NCBI RefSeq assembly: GCF_006345805.1
Contig: NC_043000.1
Span: 155,000,001 to 155,064,000, forward strand
Source: Octopus sinensis
Lineage: Eukaryota
Length of the DNA stretch: 64,000 bases
Direction: 5' to 3'
Part shown: positions 1 through 12,640 of the stretch, one piece after another
Layout: every line of letters begins with the position of its first letter
How positions within the stretch are numbered: position 1 is the stretch's first letter
Position numbers and translations under genes: made by a program
Notes under the pieces: model-generated
The model's database searches: none
What the model saw: only the letters and a program-made list of their open reading frames with translations
What the model was told of the DNA's origin: nothing

Positions 1-121
1 ATTTGTACTAAAAGTTTAACTTTTATTTGTTGTATTAGATAATTAAACAGACGATAAAAGCACGTCTGAGATTTTGGATGCAATAATACACACACACGTG
101 GACACACACACACACACACAC

Positions 122-164
<43 letters not shown>

Positions 165-228
165 GTCTATCCTTCCATCTATCTGCATGTTTGCCTGTCT
201 ATTTACTGATGCATATATACACACATGT

Positions 229-551
229 GAATGCATGTAGCTTAGTGGTTAGAGTAATCCGCTCGCGATCGTAAGGGCGTGATTTCGATTCCCGGCGGCA
301 CGTTGCTTCCTTGAGCAAGACACTTTATTTTACGCTGCTCTAGTCCACTCAGCTGGCAAAAACAAGCAGTACCTGTATTTCAAAAAGGCTGGCTTTGTTA
401 CATTATATGTCACGCTAAATCTCCCTGAAAACTACGTTAAGGCAATGCGTATCTGTGGAGTGCTCAGCCACTTGTACGTTAATTTTACGAGCAGGCTGTT
501 CCGTTGATCGGATCGAATGGAACCTTCGTTGTCGTAACCGATGGAGCACCA
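229..551 (+). mobile_element. tRNA-derived SINE, family 1
   Basis: Pol III A-box-like TAGCTTAGTGG and B-box-like GATTTCGATTCC. The 3' body (GGAGTGCTCAGCCACTT..CAGGCTGTTCCGTTGATC) is shared with the copy at 33051-33432. Confidence 0.8.
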
Positions 552-629
552 GTGCCATATACACACATATATACAAATATATATATATATATATTATATA
601 CATATATCTACCTATTTACATATATATTT

Positions 630-770
630 TTTTCTACTCTAGGTACAACGCTCGAATTTCTTTTTTGTTGGGGACAGTCAATTAGATCGAACCTAGTACG
701 TAAATGGTACTTAATTTATCGAACCCGAAAAGATTAAAGGCAAAGTCGACCTCAGCGGAATTTGAACTCA
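630..770 (-). mobile_element. SINE family 3 fragment (CORE/MIR-like body)
   Basis: Reverse complement of the GAGTTCAAATTCCGCTGAGGTCGACTTTGCCTTT..CGATAAATTAAGTACC segment found in many copies, e.g. 40937-41442. Confidence 0.75.
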
Positions 771-777
771 TATTTTG

Positions 778-859
778 CCTCGGGCCAGGCTAAGCCTTGT
801 GGGTGGATTTGGTAGACGGAAACTGAAAGAAGTTCGTCGTATATATGTATGCATATATT

Positions 860-899
<40 letters not shown>

Positions 900-1110
900 T
901 TCTGTGCTTGTCTCCCCACCATATCTTGACAACCGATGTTGGTATGTTTACGTCCCCGTAACATAGCGGTTCCGCAAAAGAACCGATAGAATAAGTACTA
1001 GGCTTACAAAGAATAAGTTCTGCTGTCGATTTCTTCAACTAAAGAAAAACCCTTTAAGGTGATGCTCCAGGATGGTTGCAGTCAAATGACAAACAAGTAA
1101 AAGTAAAATA
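778..1110 (+). mobile_element. SINE family 2 (internal TA/TG microsatellite), 5'-truncated
   Basis: GGATTTGGTAGACGGAAACTGAAAGAAG + microsatellite + GACAACCGATG..CCGATAGAATAAGTACTAGGCTTACAAAGAATAAG, as in the copies at 8066 and 39970. Confidence 0.8.
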
Positions 1111-1358
1111 AAAGAATATATATATATATATATAATGTTTCAGCCTTGAGGCAGCGACCATGCTGGGGCACCGCCAGTGTAATCATCTTTTAATTGGCCA
1201 ATTCTATTTGTTTGGCTTTTGGTGAAGGAGGGAGTTCGACACACGTGTGTGTGTGTGTGCAATCTTTTTAACCATTCATTAAATTATTGTTTATACTGTA
1301 CATTAGCTTATCTGACCATCAAATCAACGTTTCCCGAAAAGAGACAAATATTTCTTGT

Positions 1359-1400
<42 letters not shown>

Positions 1401-1465
1401 GTAATTATTCATACATGCGTATAAAACAATATATATGTGAGTGTGTGCAAACACACACGTAGAAG

Positions 1466-1519
<54 letters not shown>

Positions 1520-2210
1520 TACAAACATACACGCATATATTTAATCTATATGAAATATATATCGTTTATTATAGGCACAGCATGGAGGAGCGGTCAAGTA
1601 CGTCTCTTTGTAACCATTTAGTTTTTTCAACTTCATCGTTAAAAACATTTACTTTAAATACTAAGCTGGCTTCGTTCAAAATAATCCGGTGAATATTAGT
1701 TCTTATGATGCTATGAGAATGAAAGTGGTTGCTTTAACCAAAATCTGGTTTCCAGTTTACAAAAAGTTGAGAGTTATATATTTTTCAGTAAAAATAAATC
1801 TATTAAGAAATGGTTGTAAAATAGTGCACAATAGAACTCCGTCTAACGTGTGAACTTGTCAATTACTAAAATTCGATTCACCAGTTATTTGAATTCCTAA
1901 GTGACTTCAGCAAAGCATGGCTTTTTACTATTCAGGTGTATCGAAGAGTAATACAAGTGAGTCAGAACAACTAACTGAAAATACACAAGACAGTAATTTT
2001 TCTGTAAAATTATGGCTTTCTTTATCACTTTTGATTTTGCATGGATAATCTTAGCGAAGATCCGCATTGTATGACGCATGGCTGAAGAACAGTAACAAGA
2101 GATATTGTTAAAGAAATTACCCTGGCATAAAGATTCACTAAGATATATTATCACTATGGACTCCGTGTGGGCAGTCATCTAAAAGTTTTTGTTCGTCATG
2201 ATGCTGACAT

Positions 2211-2315
2211 AAGTTCCTTGTCTTTCCTGATGAGAAGGCGGCATAAATCACCCTTTGTTCCTTCGGAATTAGGAATATGCAGTCTTCGAAACATATGTCG
2301 AGAATAAAGGAATTT
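2211..2315 (+). ncRNA. Type I hammerhead ribozyme, canonical core
   Basis: Core CTGATGA at 2227-2233. Stem II GAAGGC-G-GCATA / TATGC-A-GTCTTC. GAAA at 2288-2291, palindromic stem III ACATATGT, GUC cleavage triplet with C at 2299. Stem I TTTC/GAGA, a 3x3 internal loop, then AAGTTCCTT/AAGGAATTT. Confidence 0.85.
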
Positions 2316-2532
2316 TGTTAAATCGTCGTTCAACTCCATTCTTTCATTTATTTATATAAAAAAAAAAAACATACAAATTTCCACACGAAAGCACGTGATC
2401 TCTGCCCTTGGCATGTAGCTTCAACCGTGTTTTCTGACGTGAATTTGCTACCCGGGTATCGGTTAACCGAATTATCCATACTAGGATAATTCATTCAACT
2501 ACTTATAAATATATATATATATATATATCATA

Positions 2533-2945
2533 ACATGGCTGTGTGGTAGGTAGCTTGCTTCCCAACCACTTGGTTCCGGGTTCAGTCCCATTGCATGACA
2601 TCTTGGGTAAGATGTAGGCTCGGACCGACCAAAGTCTTGTGAATGGATTTGGTAGACGGAAACTGAAAGAAGCCCGTCGTACATATGTATGTACGTATGT
2701 ATGTATATATGTATATCTATGTGTGTGTGTGTGTCTTCCTGTCTGTGTTTGTCCACCCGTCACCGCTCGACAACCGGTGTTGGTGTGTTTGCATCCCCGT
2801 AAATATGCGGTTCAGCAAAAGAGACCGATAGAGTAAGTGGCAGGATTAAAAAATACATAAGTCCTAGGGTCGATTCATTCGACTAAAATTTCAAGGTGGG
2901 ATCTCAGTATGGCCGCAGTCTAATTACTGAAACAAATAAAAAGAT
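2533..2945 (+). mobile_element. SINE family 2
   Basis: Head TGGCTGTGTGGTAGGTAGCTTGC..GGTTCAGTCCC, internal microsatellite and family tail. Confidence 0.85.
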
Positions 2946-3609
2946 AATATATATATATATACATACAATCATACTGCGAATACACACACACACATACATA
3001 CACACAGACACATAGACCGGTAAGCAGATATATGATACACCATTTGCGTATCATACTAAATGGATCATGGCACGGAATTATAACATTTCTTCAAATTCTT
3101 GTTTCTTGTTTTATATACAAACGCGCGCACACGTACATACGTATGTATGTATGTATGTATGTATGTATGTATGTATGTATGTATGTATGTATGTATGTAT
3201 GTATGTATGTATGTATGCATGCATGCATGTATGCATGTATGTATTAATGTATGTATGTATTTATGTATGTATGCATGTATGTGTGTATGCATGCATGTAT
3301 GCATGTATGTACGTACGTACATTCTTGACAGTGCCACCAATTTCAACGGAACCTTCGAAATGCACCAGTATAAAAGGAGAAATTAGAAAGTGTGGTGCAC
3401 CTTCTCAAAGATAGAAACACATGAAGGAGTCGACAATACTCTAGTAGATTTCCTGAGAAATGGAGGACAGTACTCATGAAAACTTTGAGAGCCACGTGTA
3501 AGGAGATTTTCAAACAATGAAATTGCCAAAAGAATAACCACTATGAGGTTCTGTATTTGTTAGCAAGTAAGAAAGAAGTCAAGATTCTGTCCGAATCTAC
3601 TACATTTTT

Positions 3610-3862
3610 CTCTTTCACCCTTTTGAAACCTAGCCAGGTTCATGTTCCCGGTTTCCCTGTTTCTGTGGCGTATGTGTCCCCATCCCAGCTGGACAGGACG
3701 CCAGTCCATCGCAGCGTTACTCAAGAAGCAGGAAGAGAGAGTGAGAGAAGGTTGTGGCGAAAGAGTACAACAGGGGTTGCCACCACCCCCTGCCGGAACC
3801 TCGTGGAGCTTTAGGTGTTTTCGCTCAATAAACACACACAACGCCAGATCTGGGAATCGAAA
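3610..3862 (-). mobile_element. tRNA-SINE fragment (family 1 group)
   Basis: Reverse complement of TTCGATTCCCAG..GTGTTTATTGAGCGAAAACACCTAAAGCTCCACGAGG, shared with 33051-33432 and 27623-27941. Confidence 0.75.
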
Positions 3863-4169
3863 TTTAGTAAAATAGTAAAATTTAATAGGATTTTTCACAT
3901 AAATAGACCCTAATACAAGTTGACCCTTTCCTCTTGGTTACAGCTGAGGGAGTGAATAGCGAATGCTCTCTCAGCTGCCCTATATGTCGCATGGAACTTT
4001 TTCTATCCAAGCGTTTTTTAATTCAATAGTGTTATATAATAGCATTATCTGCATCGAATTCCAGTTTTAAATCGTTAAAAGAATGATCTTAAACGCGCGT
4101 GCACACTCACACCCACCCACACACGACGCCTATAATATATATATATATAGTGAAAAACAGTGGTTTCAA

Positions 4170-4570
4170 TTTTGGCTCAAGGCCAGCAACTGGTACTTAT
4201 TTTATCGAACTCCGAAAGGACGAAGGCGAAGTCAATCTCGGCGGAATTTGACCTCGCAGAGTAAAGACAGACGAAATACCTATTTCTTTATTACCCACAA
4301 GGGGCTAAACACAGAGGGGACAAACTAGGACAGACATAGGTATTAAGTCGATTACATCGACTCCAGTGCGTAACTGGTACTTAATCTATCGACCCCGAAA
4401 AGATGAAAGGCAAAGTCGACCTCGGCGGAATTTGAACTCAGAACGTAGCGGCAGACGAAATACGGCTACGCATTTTTCGGCGTGCTAACGTTTCTGCCAG
4501 CTCGCCGCCCTACAGACGAAATACCGCTATGCATTTTAGCCGGTGTGAGCTAACGATTCTGCCAATTCCG
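4170..4570 (-). mobile_element. SINE family 3 with internal tandem duplications
   Basis: Same head and internally repeated body as the plus-strand copy at 40937-41442. Confidence 0.85.
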
Positions 4571-7524
4571 CTCTTTAATCTCTCTTTTGATTATTAATAC
4601 ATAGAGAACTCACCTTGATCGGCGTAAGGAGTTTTGAAGCAGAGTGGAAGAGTAACAAAAGAAGAGAAGCAGCATCTTTATTGCTACTCTGCATCTCGTC
4701 TGTTGGATGAGTCATTCGACGAAGTTACCTTTCTCCATCGCATAAAGAAGTCGCACGTTTAGCGATTTTTATCCGTAAGATGGCAATGCCTCAACCGTAA
4801 ACGACAAACCCATATCTGAAGATTATGAACACAATTTCCCATTGTAACGTTTAGAGTATTATGTCTAAATATCAACCACCTTTCAGACAACTTATGATGG
4901 AAAGAGCGTAAAAGAAATTGTTGCAAAACCCAGACTGTATATGCATAGTTTATTAATTAATTTATCATTCACACATGTATGTATGTTTGTATGGAAGCAT
5001 GTGCGTGTGTATGGCGCTGGTGCTTGTAGCATTGTTACGGTTGACGATTAAATAATCATAGCCTTTGGCACACGACACTCGTTATACTTATGAAAAATAG
5101 AGATTAATGGGTATAACGGCTGCAATACTTACGCAACACATTTTTATAATCATTGATGAGGTCGACATGAATGTCTTTCTTTGGCAAGCGATTCCAATAA
5201 TTGAGTCCCGTTCCAAATGAAATGCCATTAATGTATAAGTTGTTATTAATTGAAAATAATATAAGAAATGACTACTTTTGATATAAACTAGTCATTCAAA
5301 TGGAAATATGGTTGTTGGTAGTGAGAATGCAGAAATCTTGTTCCAATAAAGTGCTCGAGACTAGCTTTATTACATTGGCAACTATAAAAATAACTTTATA
5401 TTTGTGCCTTACATCAATAAATGCTTTCTTTCCTGCGGTGGTACACACTCTGTTTATTTATACAGAGTTTATTACTTAATATATATTTCTTTGATAATAG
5501 GACAAAAGTGTTGAATGGAAACATCACGTGAATAAGAAAGAATGACAATCATGAAGCGAGGTGGGGGTCTCCCTATTAAACAGTAGTTTTTTCTTTATAT
5601 GAGTGTATAGTTTGAGATATTTTTAGGAGACAAAAGCTGACTCCATATGTCACACACTCTTCTAGTCCATGAAGCTCAAATAAATTTTTTTACTGTTATT
5701 AAAGGGGTTATTTTTACAGCATTAGAGAATGTCTAAGGGAAATATTCGATCGATTGATTCGAGTGCGGCCAGTTGCTGAGTGAAAAGGCTAGCCGAGAGG
5801 TGGACGGATCATGTTGCATTCGTGGCCAAAGCACTTAAATCTTAGTTGACTCAATCCAATTCGATGCAATACGTGCTGCAGAGTAGGATGAACTTGTATC
5901 CCCACTCCAACATCAGCGAATAACTGTAAAATTGCCAAGTGATTTAATAGTTTATGGCATTGGCTGATGTGCCTAAGATGTACATGAAAGTGAAATTTTC
6001 TTTAGTACCCTTTCGACCTAATGCATCTTTACAACACTGGGGCCGTAGGGGCATTAGATAACACTGTGTATGTAACCAGTTTACAGTAAAAATATACGTT
6101 TTTGACATTGCTATGTCCATGGCTGGAGTTTGATTCGCAATTGAAGCAAGTCTGCTCCATGCACCACTCTTAACTCTGAGAATGAAATAAATATCAAAAC
6201 TACAATTTCCTTCCATACTAAAAAATAAATTGCATTTGTTTACAGCCAAAATATCTCAGTAAGAATTTGTGGCATAATGTCATAAGATTTAAAAAGAAAA
6301 TTGATTTTTTAAAGAGCAGACATTTAAAGAAGTCTGATAGAAAGCAACATTAAAACTGATGATACTCTAGATTTAAAGTTAAACCTGACTAGATATCTTC
6401 GAAACCGAGCATCAACTAAAAGATTTCGCTGCATCATTTTTAAATATAGATTAATTATCACATAAACACTATCTACGACGTGGATAACATTTTTCTCTAT
6501 GAACTTTATGAGAACAATTACCCGATTAAATTTATACGATTGAGATTTAAGAATGAAGATAGCAAAATATGTACATACTTCAGTATTTATAAACCATGGA
6601 CAGTATTTGTATACCATATCTTTTATTAAAAAAATCGAATATCTGTATCTATTATGTTTGTTCTTTATGACGTAAGTTGCTCCCTGAGGGAGACATTCAG
6701 TTTAATATTACGCTGATATCATTTAGCCAGTCACAATGCTATATTTGCAGAAGTGGGAAATAGTCAGCACTGTCACTGCACCGCCTTCCGTTCTAATATT
6801 TCTTTTATCGACCATTAAAGAGATAAAAGATGGTGTCATACACAATGGGAATCCACAATGGGATTCAAGAATGAAGAAATAATATATCAAGCATTCCTAT
6901 GCATTTATCCTGAATCACATTCACTCCTGCTAGTCCACTACAATACAATCCTAATACTGACTTCTAGATTTGACACATATTTATCAGCATTTACGCTGAT
7001 AATTTACGAATTAAAAGGAAGAGTTGAAAAGTTAAGTTGACTATGGCGGCAATCGAATAAAGAACATTTAAGGAACATTGCGAAATTCTACAAGGCATTT
7101 TCTTCGTCATTTTGCTGCCAATCAGCTTCTTTGCTATCTTATCATCGAATTTAACTAGCATACCCGTGTCGTCAAAAATACCGACAGTTTATTAATGATA
7201 GACAATGGCACATCAGCAGAATGGAGTAAAGCATTAATACATGTCAGTAATGAAGTTCATATACAGAAATGAAGCACTTGCAGAATCACATACGATTGTA
7301 ACATCTCGGTTGAAAATATCGCCCACATAATGTATGTACGTATACATACATATAAATAAATACAGGCGCCTATGATGAGAACCTAATAAGGTTCGAAAAT
7401 CAGTTAAGGTTGTTCATTATTTTTCAGTCTGTAAGGAACCGGATAAAGTTTGCCCTGTTTATAATTATACCATGTGTTACATATATATTTGGAGCAGGAT
7501 GAAGAGGCCAAATATACAGAGAGA

Positions 7525-7756
7525 GAGAGGAGAAATGGAAAGAAAGGAAGAGACGTAAACAAGAGACTATGGCACTACAACCAGCCAGGAACAGTCTTCT
7601 CTACATTTGCGGTACCTACCAGAGGGAGTGTTTGTGCAGGATAGGACTACACAGCCACAGCAGGAAATGTATCAAGACATGAAATATAAAAGCCGGACTA
7701 GGCTACTTCATGCGCAACTCCATTGTCTCCCGAGACAGAAAGGATGCCAATACCAA
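7525..7756 (+). mobile_element. RTE-clade LINE 3' end
   Basis: Translates ERKRRKQ..YICGTY.RECLCRIGLHSHSRKCIKT*, matching the RTE C-terminal C..C.R.C..RIGL.SH.R.C zinc motif. Followed by the RTE-type tail CCATTGTCTCCCGAGACAGAAAGGATGCC. Confidence 0.75.
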
Positions 7757-8065
7757 TACATATATATTATATCATACCTTGGTGCTGTGTGCACTAAGAT
7801 TCCCGTTGACAGACCGCTAGTATTTATACTGTGTTAAACACTTTCGATATGCAAATTAGGGACTCCTTCATAGAGTAACTGCTGCATTTGTTGAGTATAT
7901 ATACAGTTTGGCTGCTCGTTTCCCTTGAGACTGCCAGAATGATGAAGACGCCTTTGATTAGAACCCAATAAGGTTCAAAAATCGATTAAGGTTGTTCATA
8001 ATTTTTTCAATTTGCGGACGGGTAAAATGGACTAACACAAAAGAAAAAGAAATGAAAGTATACAT

Positions 8066-8420
8066 AGGCGCAGGAGTGGCTGTGTGGTAAGTAGCTTGCT
8101 AACCAACCACATGGTTCCGTGTTCAGTCCCACTGACCAATGCCTTGTGAGTGGATTTGGTAGACGGAAACTGAAAGAAGCCTGTCGTATATATGTATATA
8201 TATATGTGTGTGTGTGTATATATTTGTGTGTGTGTGTTTGTCCCCCTAGCATTGCTTGACAACCGATGCTGGTGTGTTTACGTCCCCGTCACTTAGCGGT
8301 TCGGCAAAAGAGACCGATAGAGTAAGTACTGGGCTTACAAAGAATAAGTCTCGGGGTCGATTTTCTCGACTAAAGGCGGTGCTCCAGCATGGCCGCAGTC
8401 AAATGACTGAAACAAGTAAA
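8066..8420 (+). mobile_element. SINE family 2
   Basis: GGCGCAGGAGTGGCTGTGTGGTAAGTAGC head through the GCAGTCAAATGACTGAAACAAGTAAAA tail. Confidence 0.9.
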
Positions 8421-9810
8421 AAAAAAAAAAACACACACACACATATATGTTTAAATTATCGTTCAGATAACTTTATATATATGTTATGTGAACGATAATA
8501 TTTTGAAAACAAAAGTGTTTAATATTTAATTTCATATATATATGTATATATTTGTGTGTGTGTATGTGAAACTGATAAAGTAAAAACCCTAACCCTAACC
8601 CTAAAATATCAGCGGCTTCAGAGCAAAGCCTTTGAATGCTGTTCGCCTGCTTTAGTATCCGTAACTGCCGCCTACTCCATGACTGTAATCTACTTTCACT
8701 TCCTTTAGTGCTTTACCTTTCTTTCCCTAGTGTGACCGATTCGATAGACATTGCTTTTTATTGTATGCAACATTAAAAGGGTTATTTCTGTTACAGAAGA
8801 AACCTCTTGTAAATGCTAAGCAACAGATACAAAAAAAAAAAAAGTGCCGGTAACGTCAATTCCAACGTCACAGCGGTGTTTTTAGTCACTTGAATGGCCA
8901 CGTGTGAAGAATAATAACGTAAAGTAAGCAAATTTTTTTCTCCAAGCCAGATTAGTAGGATTCGCCTTTCAAGCGTAATTGCATTATTCTCTGAGAAAAA
9001 TGGCAATTTCCATGACAAAAAGATTATTAAAATTATATTCATTTTTTAAAAAGATTTATAAATTTTATTATAATTTTGTTTTCAATTTTACTCGAGGTGA
9101 CACAATTTTCGTTGCTGACACCACTGATAAAGGCATGGAAACCGAAGTGGCACATATCATTTCTATGAGCATTTCGTCTTCTATTTACGTAAGAAATTCA
9201 ATAATGGTAATTCAGTATTGCTTCATTTGATAAACGTCAATTGAAGAGATTCTTGACGTAATATTTAAGGGGGAAAAAAAACTAGTTTATTTTCTAAAAG
9301 GACTATAGCAACAGAATGCTTCCAGATCTGTGTGATATCATATCTTCACACAGTACGTCTTTAAAGTGGGCCGAATGAAAGAGCTAAATTTAAAATATAG
9401 CTTTGTTTCAAATTGCCATGCTAAAATATCCCATTTCTTTCTGTGTGAGTACTTGTAGTTTTGTGTGTTTGAATATGTGTGTGCGCATGCGCCTAAGTGA
9501 GTGCGTGCCTGTGTATATGTATGTTTGTATGTATGCATGTACATGTGTATGCGTCAATATGAGTGAGATTGTAAATATTGACAAATTCATTATTAAAATT
9601 AGTCTCTTATTTGACCACGATGTAAACCATAAACACACGCATACAATAAAACTCACACATAGTCACACACACACTCGCACACACTTTCTCTCACTGTCTT
9701 TTTCATACACAGATGCACAAAATCATATACATACATCCATATATCCTTACATGCATGGCAATGTAGTCGATGGCGTTTAAACTTCAATGGAGATGTCTTG
9801 TTTTATCTAG

Positions 9811-9954
9811 GCTGGAGTCCAAGCTTTTCTCAGGCTCCATCCCATGGGCGAAAAATCTTTTTAAACCAGAAAAGCCATACTTGCCACAAACATACTGCTG
9901 AATACCCTGCCAGCTCGCAGCCTTCCGCATTTACTAGTCTTACTTTGACTACCA
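9811..9954 (+). CDS. Candidate 144-bp symmetric (phase 1) internal exon, unknown gene
   Basis: Acceptor TCTTGTTTTATCTAG, donor CCA|GTAAAT. Open frame (G)WSPSFSQAPSHGRKIFLNQKSHTCHKHTAEYPASSQPSAFTSLTLTT in unique sequence richer in GC than its flanks. No homology recognised. Confidence 0.3.
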
Positions 9955-9998
9955 GTAAATGATTGCAAATGAATTTTACATCATTCTAAACATGCTAA

Positions 9999-10200
9999 AG
10001 GCGGCGAGCTGGCAGAATTGTTAGCGCGTCGAGCAAAATGGTTAGCCGCATTTTTCCCCAGCTCAGAACGTTCTGAGTGCAAATTCAGCTGAAGGCGAAT
10101 TTACTTTTCATTCATTCGGAGTCGATAAAATATCGGTTGAGTACTGAGGTCGATATAATCCACTATCCCCTTTCCCTAAATTCCAAGCCTTGCGCCTTTC
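9999..10200 (+). mobile_element. SINE family 3, diverged
   Basis: AAGGCGGCGAGCTGGCAGAA head and CTTTTCATTCATTCGGAGTCGATAAA body. Confidence 0.75.
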
Positions 10201-10691
10201 CCAGAAACGATTGTAGTCATGCTAATTTAATGCATGGAATTATGTGTATAAGTCAATGAATTATTACTATTTAAACGTTAGACAGGTACAATACTCTTCA
10301 AATTCAATATATATATATCAAATCCAAAACCTGTTAATTCGACGAACCGTCAGTCAAACCGTATTAGATACAGCTGTAATGAAATCAGTCATTATTCTAC
10401 CTTCATTAAGTGTCATTATAAAGCCAGAAGTATACGTACACATCTGTTTTTGCTTCTACTGACTGAGTTAATTTTAGGAAACATTTTGTTTTGTGTGTGT
10501 ATACAAAATACTAATATTGAATATTTGTTTGCGTGAGTGTATGCGTTTTAGTGCGCCTTGTTGTATACATATAAGTATTTGTTTCTTTGTTTGCTTACAG
10601 CTTGCGTATGTATATAGCAACAATCTACTGTATGTGTTACATTTCAACAGATGTGTGCGTGAGTGTATATATGTGTTTATATGTGTGTTAA

Positions 10692-11258
10692 CATCATGGT
10701 GTTTCGATTGATCACTAGTGATGGCGAAGTTATGCCCCTATATATCTTCCGACAGGGCCTCACACTCAACACGGAGGCCTACATCAAGTACCTGGAGGAA
10801 GTAGTGCTGCCCTGGGTCAAGAGAGTGGCTGCTGGAAGATCCTATGTGTGGCAACAAGACTGCACTATGCTACACTAGCAGGAGAACCCAGTCATGACTG
10901 TCAGACAATTTCTACAACCACATAACCCCTAACATCTGGTTACCTAACTCCCCAGGCTGCAAACGCCTTGATTATTATGTAAGGGGCACAGATGAGCGAG
11001 AGACACCAAAGATGAACTGAAGGCAAGGATTATGGTAGCATTCACCAAGACAAGGAGATCGTCCAGAAGGGTTGCAGGAGATTCCGAAGTCGTCTGGAAG
11101 CCGTGGATGAAGACAATGGTGATTTTATTGAATAAATTTACGATTTAGTTTTTCAAGTTATATTTATGTAATTTTGATAAATATATCTGTTAAAATGAGC
11201 TGTCAGTGCTCTTTTCAGTTTTGTATAATTTTGACGGCAATCTATTTATCGCACCCTG
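10692..11258 (+). mobile_element. Tc1/mariner DD37D (maT-like) transposon, 3' remnant
   Basis: Degenerate ITSDGEVMP..YIKYLEEVVLPWVKRVAAGRSYVWQQD....H..IW.PNSP.C..LDY. Right terminus ..GCACCCTG followed by TA. Confidence 0.8.
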
Positions 11259-11265
11259 TATATAA

Positions 11266-11372
<107 letters not shown>

Positions 11373-11763
11373 TATGTATGTACCAACGCACAGACACACA
11401 CACACACATATACAGCAAGGTGTAGCATGCAGGTGTTTTGCCTATTATTTCTATCAGTGTATTGAAATTTGTCTCATACATGAATATATATATATACACA
11501 TACTAAGGAAGATATTTACCACACGGTACCCGTGTATGAGTTACGCGGATAAAGGCGTATAGGTGGTGTGTTTTCTCGTGTAAATTTCTGTGAAGCGAAG
11601 TAAATTTCTTTGAAACAATTTTCTGAGGAAAAGTACCAGCGTATGAATTCCTCGTTGGAATACTTATTTAGACTGAAGTTCTCAATTCCCGTTGTTGTTC
11701 ATATTTTTACAGACTAAAGGAGAGTTTTACACTTATTTCACTTTACGTCCCACTTGATAACTT

Positions 11764-12598
11764 TTGATGACATACAATTGCTTCAAACTAAACAATCCAT
11801 TCGCCTATCAGATTCTGTACATTGTCTGTGCATATAACAATAGCCCAACATGTGTATGTAAACAACAAAATGAAACTATCGATCATGCTATCTCCATTTG
11901 CAGTTTTCTTGCGCCTACAGAGTATCTCAAAAGGCATGATAGAGCAGCACAATATATTCACCGGGTAATTTGCAAAAACCTGGACCTGCCTTATGTTAAA
12001 AACTGGTGGGAACACAAACTACCCCCAGTGCTTGAAAATGACCACATCTCACTCCTCTGGAACTTCACCGCTCAAACTGACAGAAAGATAGATGCGAATA
12101 GACCAGACACTATATTGAGAGACTTCAGGTAAAAATCATACCTCCTCATTGATATGACTGTCCAGTTGACATAAATGTATCTGTCGAGACCTACCAAAAA
12201 CTGAGCAAGTATAAAGAACTTGAAATAGAAATTGGCAAAATATGGAATCTCAAGACTAAAACAATACCTGTTGTCATAGGTGCCCTCGGAATGATAGCAA
12301 AAGGGGCTGATTCCTACCTAGCTCCAATACCAGAAAACCCCAAAATTACAGAAATTCAAAAGTTAGTGCTTATGGGAACTGCCCATATCGTACGTAAAAT
12401 ACTGTCTATGTAATCTCAAATTTAAAAAAAAACATGATTTTCTTATTTTTCTTAAACATTCTCTAGAACAATACTATGTGCAAAACCAAATATATAACAT
12501 CTTAGGCATAGCACTAACTTGAACTTCTAACTTGTCTCTTGAAGTCACTGGGTGAGACTTGTAGTCAACTTTACAAATACAAAGCAAAAGTCAAGCAC
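11764..12598 (+). mobile_element. R4/Dong-like non-LTR retrotransposon 3' fragment (RLE endonuclease), subfamily A
   Basis: Cys/His knuckle (CVCK..ETIDH..SIC), RHD, RPD..LIDM and KLSKYKELEIEI..W..KTIPVVIGALG motifs. Stop at 12411-12413, then 3' UTR and a (CAC/CAA/TAA)n tail. Confidence 0.85.
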
Positions 12599-12640
12599 AC
12601 CTCCACCACCACCACCACCACCAACAACAACAACAATAAT

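Noticed and set aside
5944-6249. 101-aa minus-strand ORF in unique sequence with a possible acceptor near 6178
   Set aside because: No recognisable domain and no convincing matching donor.
6350-6420. CTGATGA...GAAAC hammerhead-like spacing
   Set aside because: Stem II only forms by consuming core G8/A9, and there is no NUH triplet or stem I/III pairing.
7365-8020. Diverged ~65-bp direct repeats flanking the RTE fragment
   Set aside because: Too diverged and too far from the RTE ends to be a TSD. Probably an old local duplication.
8587-8604. (CCCTAA)3 telomere-like repeat
   Set aside because: Only three units, and similar motifs occur inside DNA-transposon derivatives such as 23335-23760. 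Not evidence of a telomere or fusion site.
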